Part shown: positions 1 to 11,562 of the stretch, in pieces
How the letters are laid out: each line of letters begins with the position of its first letter
Position numbering within the stretch: the first letter of the stretch is position 1
DNA from: Vitrella brassicaformis CCMP3155
Lineage: Eukaryota > Protista > Chromerida
Direction: 5' to 3'
Length of the DNA: 31,781 nucleotides
Assembly (NCBI GenBank): GCA_001179505.1
Contig: CDMY01000678.1
Location: 1-31,781, forward strand
Notes under the pieces: model-generated
Seen by the model: the letters and a program-made list of their open reading frames with translations, nothing else
Told to the model about the DNA's origin: nothing
Databases searched by the model: none
Made by a program: the position numbers and the translations under genes

Positions 1-606
1 CCTTGATGGCCCGCACCTCACCATTGGCACGGCGGAAGATCCGCAGGCAGCTGCCGTCACCGAAGTCGATGTGGCGGCCGACCACCATGAGCTGCGCCAA
101 CACACGGGGAAACGATCTATACGCCTACACCACACCACACACAGACAGACAGACAGACAGACAGAGGATGAGGCCTCTGTGTTCTCTCCCATCCCCGTGT
201 GTGTGTGCCTTACCGTCTTGTTGGCGTGTGTGTTGATGTCATCGGCCGTGAGGTTGAGGGGCAGCGTGCAGTAGCGGCACTGGCTGGCCCACTGCAGCAC
301 CTCCCCCGTCTCATCCCACCGCCCGCCCTTCTCGGCTATGCACACCGCCGCCATGAGCTCACCCATCCCCAGCGATGGGTCGAAGCGCACCAGCTGCAGC
401 CGCTGAGTGTTGATGCCATCGCCGTCACGGCTCAGTGAGTCGGCGAGGCGGTTGCGCAGCTCAGCTACGGTGAAGGCAGCCCGGATGCGCCGCGATGTGG
501 CCCTCAGGCGGGCAACTGTGACGATGTCGGGCAGATGGCCTCGGCTGCCAACGAACAAGTAGCTGACGGGATGCTCCTGGGCGGCCATCGTCCCATCAGC
601 CATCAT
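1..606 (-). CDS. Lineage-specific multigene family member, copy A (3' end truncated by window edge); unknown function
   Basis: Exon 606-214 (131 codons, MMADGTMAAQEHPVSYLFVGSRGHLPDIVTVARLRATSRR...LQWASQCRYCTLPLNLTADDINTHANKT), GTAAGG...TAG intron 213-125, exon 124-1 (AYRSFPRVLAQLMVVGRHIDFGDG...). Clear paralogy with copies at 11101-12430 and 13937-15306, including the same intron position and similar intron sequence. Confidence 0.85.
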   Translation of the reverse strand, partial: MMADGTMAAQEHPVSYLFVGSRGHLPDIVTVARLRATSRRIRAAFTVAELRNRLADSLSRDGDGINTQRLQLVRFDPSLGMGELMAAVCIAEKGGRWDETGEVLQWASQCRYCTLPLNLTADDINTHANKTVRHTHTGMGENTEASSSVCLSVCLCVVWCRRIDRFPVCWRSSWWSAATSTSVTAAACGSSAVPMVRCGPSR

Positions 607-1102
607 GCCAAGCCGTCAACACATGCCTACGATGAAATCCGCCGAAAAATGGGCTCGGCATGATCGAGTTTATTCAGCCCATGTCGACTGCCTTCCGATC
701 GATGCATTTTGCTGTCCGCGTGTCATTGCAAAGTCGCTTGCCATGTCTTAGCTAGATCCCCCGCGCCCCCGCTCTTGACAGTCTTTCATCGGAGTGCCCA
801 ACGCGAGGCGGTTTTTGATCGAGGTATTCCATGAGTTGCAGGTCATAGCTAGCACGGACATAGATCCATCTGCGGAGAGAGCCATCTCTTCGAGACGCTC
901 AATGCACCCCAGACGTCTGCACACTGACCGACCGCCTGGAGCACAGTGCAGCCATGCACACACCAACGTCGGTACACGTCTATCGACACTCACTCACATG
1001 ACTCACTCACAACACGCCACATCAACCACGCACACCAATGAACCCAATCCATCGATTCCCCCGCCGTCTATCCACACACACATGGCTAATCTGTGGATGG
1101 GT

Positions 1103-2141
1103 TCATCCCTTCTTGTTGATGTACTCCTGCAGCACTGCGATCACGTCCCGGGCAGCCGATCCCCGCGCAATGCTCATGGGCGTCTCGTGGCCGTGCTTGG
1201 TGGGCTGGGTGGGCGACACGCCTCGCTCCAGCAACGCACGTGCGCCGATCGCCAGGTTGTTGGACGCCATGCGGTGCAATGGCGTGTAACTGAATGGCAG
1301 ACATACACGCAACGACACATGAATCGATGGGAGGATGGTGTGGACAGACAGACATGCCCACCCGTATGTGTCGACGACATTGGGGTCAGCGCCCTTGTCG
1401 AGGAGGAACTCTGTCATGAGCTGGTTCCGCTGGCTCATGCCGCACATGTGCAGCGGCCGCGCGCCGCCCGTCGTCTCCTCCTCGAGAGCCGACGGCGAGA
1501 TGGCCAAAATCTCCTCGACCGCCTCCTTGCCCTTGCTCAGCGCCTCGATGATCGGCGCATAACCCCCACCTGCACAACATACACACACACACACACGCAC
1601 ACAATCACACACAGTGGACAGCACCTTAGTGTGGTGTGAGTGACTGACCTGCGTACACGGGTCCGGGGTTTGGGTTGTGGTTCTGATACTGTCGGCCGTA
1701 GACGACCTCGCCTTTCTCGTCCTTCTTGACTTTGCCGCCATAGATGCCCGGGCCGACAGTGTCGGCATACGGGTCAAATCCCTCCGGATCAGTGTTGCCC
1801 TGACCGACACACACCGACACAGACACAGAGATACACACACATAACCTTTTCATCTCCTTGGTGTGTGCTCATTGCTCATGCTATCTGTCTGTCCGCCCAC
1901 TGACCTGTGCGCCGTAGTGCTCGGCCATTCCCTTGGCATAAGGGTCATGCTGAATCCTCACGCCGTCCTTCCTGTAATACTCGCGCGCCGCCGCACTGCT
2001 CGCCGACATCCTGGTGAGTGTTGCGCTGGTGCTGCACAGGCCGCCCTGGGTGGCGCAGCTGCTACTGGGAGGGGGGGAGGCGAAAGCAGAGGGACGCACT
2101 GACGCCAAAAACAGACACAGCTGGTTCAGGCGAACCCGCAT
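1103..2141 (-). CDS. Ankyrin-repeat protein, ~260 aa, with N-terminal signal/transit-like leader
   Basis: Exons 2141-1905, 1799-1649, 1569-1362, 1289-1103 splice in frame via GT-AG. Ankyrin-type motifs GGARPLHMCG, FLLDKGADPNVVDTYGYTPLHRMA, GHETPMSIA. Upstream block TDPEGFDPYADTVGPGIYGG...QYQNHNPNPGPVYAGGGY. Confidence 0.85.
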
Positions 2142-2365
2142 GAACTGGGGAGGGCGGGGAAAGAAGGCGAAGACAGCTTCCCTCTGCGGTGCGAGCTTGT
2201 ATGGCGTGGGTTGATGGAAGCAATATTGGGGCTCTAATTGCAAGAGGGACGGCCTCCGCTGCCGCTGTAAGAATCTGTGGAAAGTTTGTGGTGCGTAACG
2301 TTCAGGCGTCCGGCACGCACCCCCCTCAAGAGCAATTCATCTCTTCGCTGTTGCACTGATCCATT

Positions 2366-4643
2366 ATGCGCACCGCTGCCAAGGTGAGAATGCCTGCACC
2401 GACCCTGTGCGTACCGCATGCACCAGATCGTGACCGGCTCATGAGTGCCTGGCATGTGTGTGTGTGTGTTTCTTGTACCATGCCTGTGTGGCAGACCAGC
2501 GAGACCTCCTCTTCGCTTTGCGGCAGGGGCCAGCGCACATCGCTGCCGCGCACGTCGTCTGACCGCCGCCCCGGCCCCAAGGACAGTGAACCGATGAGCA
2601 TCGATGACATTGACCCGCACCGTACGCAGTGCATCCCTTGACAACAACACACAGTTAGTGAGTGTGTCTGTGTGCTTGTTTGTTCCATCCAGGTGTTCTC
2701 GACAGCAGTGAGTGCCAGCAGGTGGCCGAGGCCCTTCTGTCGGCAGTGCCATCCATCCGCTACATGAAGCAGCGCGGCCACAAGGGCAACAAGGCCATCT
2801 ACTGGTACTCGGGCGCCTTTCGCATGATGCCCACAGCGGGCGACTATCGCTTCGTGGGCCAGCACGTCTTCCCCCCCTCCACGTTCACCGTCCGCGGCCT
2901 CCGGAAGGCTCTCAAGAAGGCCTTCGACGCCAGAGAGGACGAGAGGCAGTGGGTGCCGAAAGACGGCGGCAAGGCGGGCAGGTTGCCGGCGGGCAGGAAG
3001 CGCCGCTGGCGGGCGTCGTCGCGTGAAGACGACTTCGGCTCGTCCAGTGACGACACGAGCGAAGCGGCAGACGAGGGGCAGGCGAGCGATGAGGGACATA
3101 GTGCCCACCACAGAAGGCCAAGGCAGTCGCGGCGGCTGTCTGCCGGCCAGCTGAGCGAGGAGGGGAGGGAAGAGCGGGCGATGGGCGTGCTGGACCGTGC
3201 TGTAGAGGATGCCTGGCTGAATGGGGGGGTGGTTGTGGAAAGGCCGCAGCGAGACAGGAAGGAGCCCGACCGGCTTGTCAACCACGCCGTGCCGCCCCCA
3301 CAGCCGAGGAGAAATCGGATAATTAATGGTGAGAGGGTCTCAAAACTGTCTGTTGATGCACTTGTGTGTGCTGACGTCAGGGGCCCGGTCGAGTAGGGAC
3401 GTTGCTGCTCCCTTTGCCCCCTTTGATCCGGCCAATGTTGACCCAAATGGTGCGCAAACAGAACACACAGAGAGGGGGAGGGGGAAGCAACACTCACTGC
3501 AATGCATCCATGGCCTGTCTGTTGTCTGTGTGTCTGTGTGCCTGTTCAGAGCATTTGGATGAGAGTGAGCTGCGGCAGGTCGCCAGGCATCTGCTGCGGA
3601 CCACCCGCACCCCCACCAAGACGCCCAAAGACCTGGGCATCAAGTGGCGGACGGCCAACCACCATCCCCACGCCGCTCTCCATCCTCCCTCCTTCACCAG
3701 CCCACCTCGCCAAACCTCACGTGACCCACACACATCGTCCTCCGGCTTCACTTTCACCCTCCACGTGCGGCCCTCTCTCCGCGCACCGCCCCAGGCAGCG
3801 TGTGTCGGTCCCGTCATCCCCCCTCTGCTGCCCACTCTGTCGGGGCTACTTGAGGCGCTGGAGCGAGTGATGAAGGTGCGTGAGCGGGTCCATGACGAGA
3901 TGCGGATCGTGCCGGTGCTGCCGAGGGGCAGGGTGACGATGGCCACCGAGGGCGGCGGCCGGTCGGTGCGCATCCTCGTGCCTGAGAGGGTTGATCAGGA
4001 CAGTGGCGGTGGGGCCTCTGCCTCTGCCTCTGCCTCTGCTCGAGCTGGTGCGAGGCCGTCTTGTCTGTGGCTGCAGCAGGGTGCTGGCGTGGAGATACTG
4101 CAGGGGCCACATCGAGGCAAAGCGGTCAGTCAGTCAGTGAGTGAGGGCATAGACAAAATCCATCCATCCATCGACCTGTGCTGTGTGTGCAGGCGACGGT
4201 GTCGCGTGTCAGGTGCCGCGATGGCGACACGACATCCGTGTGTGAGCTCGACGTCCACATGGTGGACCCCTCATATACCATCCAACACTCGTCGGCCAAT
4301 CCCGCCCTCGCACCACTGGCGCCACACGAACAGGGAGACACGGTCAGTAAAGACCCACAGAGAGACAGAGAGACACCACGTGGCCGTCAGCCATCTCTCT
4401 CTCTCTCTCTCTGTGCGTGTGTGGTGTGTGGTGCAGGTGTTGGTGTGTCGGCCCGGTCTGCTCTACGGCCGCGTGGCTCGCGTCGACTCGATGGCTGCAG
4501 TCGCCACAGGCAGCGAATCGCTGGTTGTGCGGCTGTTGGATGAGGACAGTGAGGGCGATGGGCACCCCTTTGGCTATGCGATGAGTGTGAGTGAGGTGGT
4601 GAAGTGCTCGGCGGCCGTCTGTTGTCAGGGGGGGAGGAACTAG
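2366..4643 (+). CDS. Hypothetical protein, ~593 aa, with C-terminal tandem KOW/SH3-like motifs (KIN17/GPKOW-type arrangement) and a possible divergent AP2-like N-terminal domain
   Basis: Exons 2366-2383, 2495-2621, 2693-3328, 3381-3449, 3550-4124, 4193-4342, 4437-4643 join in frame. KOW-like segments WLQQGAGVEILQGPHRGKAATVSRV and LAPHEQGDTVLVCRPGLLYGRVARV. The exon 2 donor is ambiguous (2585 vs 2621). Domain calls are from motif recall only. Confidence 0.65.
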
Positions 4644-5275
4644 AGGTCGGAGGGAGGGAAAGGGAGAGCCTCGGTGGTCGCAGCTAGTGGTGGCGTAGGA
4701 TAGGATAGCTTAAATGGAATGCGTATCTATCGGTCGGCGCCGTACAGATTCACTTTTGAGCAATCGATGGACTTTCGATGGGGTGTGTTTTGGACCATGG
4801 ATGTACTTGTACAGCCCTTTCTCAGGCATTGTGTGTCGCGACCGTCATTGAGAGAGAGAGAGAGAAACGCTCGCCCCATGCGTATGTAACATACCCAACG
4901 TCTAATCGATGTGGCTGTCTTGTCTGTCTGTCTGTCTGTCTGTCTGGGGGTGTGGTGCGTAGGAGAGGAAAGGAGAGAGAGGAAGCGGACGTCTAGATAC
5001 ACACATGACGCATGAACACACACCACGTCGTGAGCACGTCAGCCTATATGTACACTAGAAGAGTTAGTTCTTTTGCCGCGGGATTGACCTCAGGACTGCC
5101 TGCCCGCACCATGAGCCACAGTCATGGAACATTCAGCTACTGTCAGACTCACGTCGGATGACTTCCTGCAGCCCCGAGCACGACGTTGCTCTGGCTCCTC
5201 GGTTTGCGGCAAATTGACGATCCTGGCCAGATCAGGCGAGCTTCGGGCGCGCCGAGGAAAACGAGATATTCCGCG

Positions 5276-6037
5276 ATGATGGCGGGCAGATCTGCGATGT
5301 TGGTGGTGCTGTTTGGCCTCATTGCCCTCTGCGGCCCGGCCTCATTGGCGGCGGGCGAAGAGATCCACACCAAACACGGCCTCGGTAAGTCGGCACACCA
5401 TTGGCTGCCTGTGGGAGATCCGATGGGAAGATCCCATGTGTGTGTGTGGAAACGGGTGTGTGTGCAGGCGCGGGTGCGTGCGAGGAGAAGGACTGCGCCA
5501 TCGGTGGAGAATTCGTCGGCGGGTGAGGGAAATGAATGGATGGATGGATGGACAGATCCCTCCTCGTGTGTGTCTGTGTCCATCTCGCGTGTTTGCAGGC
5601 AGCCGACCAAATGCTACCTGGTGAGTGCAGCATCATCTCGTTGGGAAACAGCAGCCGACGGATGGATGTGTTGTACATGTGTGTGGTGGGTGGGTGCAGC
5701 GTGGGGGGGCCACATCCAAGGGTGTGCCAGCGGCGGGTTCCGCACAGGTCGTAGACGTTGTGTGTCCCACGGAATATATATGCGGGAAAAACTGCGACGA
5801 ATATTGCGTATTCAACGCCATGAAGTATGGCAATGGCTACCTCATTGTAAGGGATGATGAATGCAGAGAAAATCGTCAACGGGTGTTGCCTGCCTGCCTG
5901 CCTGCCTGTAGGTTGGCACGGAGTACAAGAAGGAGGGGCAGATTGACCCGCCGGATGCCACGGATGGCATTCCCGAATGCACATACCTCACGATCAGCAC
6001 GGTCGAAAAACACGGGCAACTACACGCGAAGTACTGA
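5276..6037 (+). CDS. Small secreted cysteine-rich protein, ~136 aa
   Basis: Exons 5276-5384, 5468-5522, 5599-5620, 5748-5846, 5912-6037, all GT-AG and in frame. Signal peptide MMAGRSAMLVVLFGLIALCGPASLA; 8 Cys in the mature part. Confidence 0.8.
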
Positions 6038-6907
6038 GCAAGCTGGTACGCGTGACAGGCGACATGACGAAAGAAGTGTGTATATGAGTATGTCGTGTGT
6101 ATGCGTGTCGTGTGTTGTGCGATGTGTCCCTCTTCTCCCATCTCATGCCATCCCATGCAGCCCACACACCGCACCATTCCTTTCAGACGGGCGGGATACA
6201 GACACAGACGGACACTGGGAGTTTCACACACGGGGGGACACACAGAGTTTTAATGGTCCTTCTGCAATGTCTGTGTGTGATTTGTGCGATCCCATCGTCC
6301 GTCTGTCTGTCTCTCTGTCTGTCTGTCTGTCTGTCTGGCTACCTGTCCGGCTGCGCATTGATGGATAAATGTGTGTGTGTGTCGTCTGTCTGTCTTTCTG
6401 GCGTGGGTGGTGTTGGCCGCGCACGTCCATGGCCTGGCTGCAGCGTTGCCTTGTACATGGACACACCGATGGATGGATGTGTTGCATTCACTTATTCATG
6501 GACACCACACACACCTATCTGGATGGATGGATGGATGGACCGTTTCCTTTCCTCTTTTCCATGAAGCGCTCCACTCGGACAGATTGACATACGCACATAC
6601 GTTGATGTTGCTTCTCCGCATGGCATGCACCCAGCGGCAGCGGCCCCTGTGAATTCGTCGAGAGGACCGCATATGAAACACAAACACAAACCATACAAGG
6701 CACAAACCGACGATGAGCATATCATCATCATCCCACCTTCTCACTCACGAACTGACTGACGCCAAATGCCATATATCGACCTGACGGCACAATTGAGGAA
6801 GGCCAGACAGGCCAAACAGACAGACAGACAGACACTAGGCGGTTTTGATCTGGCCCTTGTTTGGTGTGTAGTGTGCTTTCGTCTTGTTGGCTCCCATAGT
6901 GTGGGCC

Positions 6908-6933
6908 GGCGGGCGGGCGGGCGGGCGGGCGGG
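6908..6933. repeat. (GGCG)n tetranucleotide microsatellite
   Basis: ggcgggcgggcgggcgggcgggcggg read directly, in intergenic sequence. Confidence 0.9.
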
Positions 6934-7574
6934 TGGGATGTTCCCACAGGGTGTGCGGTGTTTGTTTGGCAATGTGCATCTTGTGTGGGTGTCGATACAC
7001 ACTAGTAGACGGAGACAGTAACTAATTGATGAGTGTTCATAGCCAGCAGTGAGTGCACTTATGGACGTCACACACAGCTGTGTCGATGCATGTGTGTGTA
7101 TGTGTGTGTGGAGACACGTAAGCTTCAAGTGTGTCGGTCCGAAAGTCGACTGAATCACCCCCCCACCGCTAAGCCACCCAGAAGGCTACTCTATTGCAGC
7201 AGGCCAGCAGGCCAGCCACCTCGCCTGAGGGAAAAGGAGAAAGGAAGCGATCAGCTAGATACTGAGGGTGTCGATAAACGGACAGGGACGGACCCCAAGC
7301 ATCTTAATGATAAAACCAGAGAATGTCCAAAGTAAGACGACACGAAGGTGAGCACAACTCACGCAACCTCATCGCTCACACGCATGGCCTGCACCCGAAC
7401 AACGATCGCTCTCTCCTGGCCTCCCGACGCACAGACAAGCCTGCCTGCCTGCCTGCCATCGATGCCACCCTTCCTGGCAACATTCAGGCCACCTCGTCTG
7501 AGGGAACTCAACATTACAGGTGAAAAGCGGTCATAAAGGCTTACATGCAGCCTCTCATAACTGTGTGTGTCTGT

Positions 7575-9509
7575 CTACCCCTCCGCCCCCTCCTCCCCAC
7601 TGTCGCCCTCCAGCTGGCCGTTCACCTCACCCTCGCCCTCGCCATCACTGTCACAACTGCTGCAGATATCATCATCCGGCCCGACATTCGTCTCAACCTC
7701 GGCGGCCTGCACCACATGCAGCTGATACAGGGCCAGCAGACGCTGCTCGTCGAGGCGAGTCGGGAAATGGCTGATGAGAAACACAATTGCCTGAATGAAC
7801 GAACAGCACTCCATACGCCCCTTGGCCGACAAAAGTGAGTGCCTTGCGGGTCGGTCACCCGAGATGCGATGCGGATGTCATTGTGCGACTGCAGCTCGGT
7901 CATCTTGTCCACACCGCCGGCCTGCGTGAAACGGAATAGAGGACAACCGTGTGAATGGTGTCCACAATTCACACGGCTGTAGTCCTCTATTGTCTCTCTT
8001 CTTCCCTCACCTGTTCTACTAGAGTGGAGTAGGGGTTGTCGGGGAGGCCCTCGTTGGCCTGCTTCTGAGCACCCGCACTGCACACAGGGACACAACACAA
8101 CACAGCACGTGATAGGTGAACGCAATTGTGTGCGCTTGGCTGGCCTTCGCCTGCTACCGTAGTATGTTGTCGAGTGCCTTGTATGGTCTCGAACGCCATT
8201 GTGGACACCATCGAGTGCGTCGCAGAGGGGCTGGACGCCGCCACACTCGACCACATACTCAACCTGAAGAAACACATGGACACACACACCCAGACAGCCA
8301 TGACATCTCAGCAAACGTTTCGCGTGTGGCCTACACCCGCACCTGATGCTGCGACCCTTGGGCTACGTTTCCGACGGCCCCTGCTGCTATCTCCTTCAGG
8401 GTGGGATCGGTCTCCTCGCCGGCCGCCAGGTCGACCAGCAGAGGCACCAGGTCAGCATCGATGACAGCCTGGACGTGGGCAGTGCTACCTGCATCCAATT
8501 GATCCACACCAAACAGCACAGCACCCTGTACGTGGCGGGGTGGCCTTACCTCGAGTCACGAACACCATCGTTATGCATGCGACGGCTTCCATCACCGGCT
8601 CCCCCATCTCCAACAATGGCTTGAGCGATCCCACGGCGCCACACTCGACCAACGCGTCACGGTCGGCATTGGTACCTGAGCATCGATACAGTGAGCCATG
8701 CAGCCGATGGTTGCGGCTCGTGCCCTCCCTCGTGTTTTTTGACTGACCTTGACCCTCGTGACACAGTAGCCCAACAGACGCCAATGCCGCTCGTGCGCCC
8801 CTTAGCACACGGTCATCCTGCTGAGGTGCGGCGATCAGGCTGACCAGGACCGGCAGGAAGGGCGCTAGCTTGCCCAGTGGAGGGAGGGGCTGGACACTCC
8901 ACACATCGCACAGCAAGTCGGCCCCCAAGGCCAGCACGTCAGCGTTGGTGCTCTCCCGCATCGCCTTAAGCAGCGGCTGCAGGATGCCGGCGGCCACCAC
9001 GGCATCGCGATGGGTCGCCGATCCCTTCGTGATCATGCACAGCGCAAAAATGGCCGTTGCACGCACATCGTCATTGGGTGACGACACGAGCTGCACGAGA
9101 GGCGGGACGGCACCGGCATCCACCACCACCTCATCGCCATGATCCAGCGCCAGCACGCCGAGAGCGAATGCTGCCGGTTTCTGCACCTCCTCGCACCCAT
9201 TCAGCTGCTCGACCAAGACAGGAACCAGGCCGATATCGACAGCCTTCTGCTTCATGGCGCCCTCCAGGTGCTGGATGGACAGCAGCAGATTCAGCCCTCA
9301 GCCCGAACCTGCGGATCACTGGCCGACGCTATCAGGTGGCAGAGGTCGGCCATGACGGCGGTGATGTCGGCCTCGACCGCCTCCAGCCCTCGCTGCGGGA
9401 TGGCCTGGTCGTAGGCCTCCTTGGTTTGGACGGCATTGTAGAGCTTCCTCGTCTTGGTCAGCACTGCTTGGGGTGAGGGATGGCCGGCTGCGCTGTCCGT
9501 CGACTCCAT
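7575..9509 (-). pseudogene. Importin-alpha-like armadillo-repeat gene lacking the IBB domain, with two apparent frameshifts (pseudogene or assembly errors)
   Basis: ARM repeats (AVDIGLVPVLVEQL, VVDAGAVPPLVQLVSSPNDDVRATAIFALCMI, VVAAGILQPLL) and an importin-alpha-type C-terminus (YVVECGGVQPLCDAL...KALDNILRAG...DNPYSTLVEQAGGVDKMTELQSH...AIVFLISHF). Exons approx. 9509-8748, 8675-8550, 8488-8343, 8263-8158, 8077-8011, 7921-7859, 7790-7575. The frame breaks at ~9295-9297 and at ~8180-8200. Confidence 0.75.
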
Positions 9510-10040
9510 TGCCTGAGAGATGCAAAGACTAACACACACAGTGTAGAATTCCTTCATGGCTGCTCTTTTCGTCCTCCTGACCTGGTCGGGTGCTCAGCGG
9601 CCCGCTGTTTAATGCCGAATGGTCCCGCTGCCGCCCTGCTCTCCGGTGCAGATATCACAGCTCACACCTGGAGAAGAAATGACAGCACGAAATGAGATAG
9701 ATCAGGGCTGCCCGTGGATTCCCTCTGGACCCTCGCCCACGGCTGCTCACTCTCACCGACAGAGATCTCCTCCGCAGCCCGCAAGATGGACGCAGCCCGA
9801 CGGCAGGCGAGGCACTCAGCGCCAAAAGAGAATACAACACGCCTGTGCAGAAGTCTGGCGGCTCACGAAAAGGCCATCTTCATCGCCGGCATCCAAAGTT
9901 CCTCCCCTTTCAAGCTCGCATCCATCCTAGGCCCTTTTCGTCGCTTCCAGCGCTTGTGATGCCTTCCATAGGGCAGCTGGAGCCCCATCAGACACAAACT
10001 GATGGTTTCAACTCATCGCTGAGGCCCATCGCAGGGCACC

Positions 10041-11525
10041 ATGGCGGCTGTGACGGTGAGGCGAGCAGGACACAATAGGAGAGGGGATGATGACTGATCA
10101 ATCAAGCGATGCTCTGTGTTCGGTTTGTCTGACAAACAGGTCGGTAGCATGACGTGGCCGCAGCAGAGAGGTACGCCCGGCTTGCACACACAACAGCACA
10201 CCACAGATGCCCTCAGAGAGGTGGTGTGATGTCTGTGATGTGTTGCAGCCGTGTTGGTGGACGGGATGGTCAAGAGAGCAGCGTCGATGGGCTGCCGCGA
10301 CGCGACCGTCATGCGGGCGGTGCGGCTGCTGGCTGTGAGGTCTGATTGTTCTGAGTGCGGCATTGGGTGTCTGGATAAGCTGTTCACTGCGGCCGGCATG
10401 GACACCCACGGCCGCCTGTTCTCATTGGCCAAATACCTCATGGTCAGTCTGTCCGCCAGCCACATACAGACAGACACCTCCAGCCATCGAATGGCTTATC
10501 CCTGCCTGTCTGTCTGTCTGTCTGTGCAGTTCTTGTCGATGTGTGAAATCGACTTGGCCGCGTGCTATGTCCACCTGCTGGCCGCCACGGCCGTCTACAT
10601 CATACGCAAGACCAACCAGAAGCAGATAGCGGGCGGCATTTGGGTGAGCCGAAGCGACACGTGTCCTGGCCTTTCTATGGCCTGTGTGGGTTTGTGTGTC
10701 CGATTGTTCATCGTCAGAGTGCGGCCCTTGTGGCTGAGAGTTCGGTTAGCGAGTCGGCGCTGGAGTCGAGCATGACGACGTTGAGGATGCAGCGGCTCAT
10801 GTGGGGCGACACACAGACCACCAAAGGGGTGAGCATGTCAGAAGACCAGTAGAATCGCCAACACAGTACCGTGTTGATGCCGGTGTGTGCCGTCTGTGTG
10901 GTGTGTGCAGATCGTGACCGATGCAGTCGACGAGCTGTTCGCCTCGCCCGACCGCCACGGCGTCGCATCGACCCGCAGCCACCCACAGCAAGAGCAGCAG
11001 CCGCATTGTCAGGTGGGTCTGACACAAACCGACCGCCATGCACCAGATGTGCCTTCTGAGTGTATCGATCTGCATTGTTACGTGTGCGTGCGATCTGCAG
11101 GAGGGCCGCCAGGAGCACCCCCTCGCCCATCTGTTTGCCGAAGACCGCTGCCGCACCCCCGACATCAGCACCACACTGCAGCTGAGGGCAGCCTCACGAG
11201 ACATCAGAGACGCCTTCTCATCAGACCAGCTGCGCAGCCGACTGAACAACTCACTGAGCCGTGACGGCGATGGCATCAACACCCCACAGCTGCAGCTGGT
11301 GCAGTTCGACCCATCGCTGGGGATGGGTGAGCTCATGGCGGCCGTGTGGATAGCCGAGGAGGGCGGGCGGTGGGATGAGACGCGGGAGGTGCTGCAGTGG
11401 GCCAGCCAGTGCGGCTGCTGCATACTGCCCATCAACCTCACGGCCGATGACATCAAAACACACGCCAACAAGACGGTAAGGCACACACACACAGAGCGGG
11501 TGGGAGGGAGCAGAGAGGCCTCATC

Positions 11526-11562
<37 letters not shown>

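Noticed and set aside
2326-3285. Long antisense ORFs (2326-3285, 794-1639, 23231-24205, 23958-24779 and others)
   Set aside because: They are shadows of GC-rich real exons on the other strand, or run through microsatellite introns; no protein motifs.
7215-7505. 18-nt direct repeat GCCACCTCG(C/T)CTGAGGGA at 7215-7232 and 7488-7505
   Set aside because: Only two copies and no associated ORF or element ends. On the minus strand both look like acceptor sites, probably UTR splicing or an old small duplication. Not a CRISPR or LTR.
6038-7574. Numerous short ORFs in the microsatellite-rich spacer
   Set aside because: Translations are dominated by (GT)n, (GGAT)n and (GACA)n repeats, and I could not build a consistent exon chain.
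9268-9305. 38-nt GTTCGG...CCAG intron that would rescue the first ARM frameshift
   Set aside because: It is much shorter than the other introns modelled here (about 55 nt or more), has a weak donor, and removes sequence that reads as a good ARM helix. It does not fix the second frameshift. Not fully excluded.
9714-9959. 81-codon ORF between the ARM gene and the cyclin chimera
   Set aside because: Non-ATG start, no motif, and no splice path to 10041. Likely promoter or UTR sequence.
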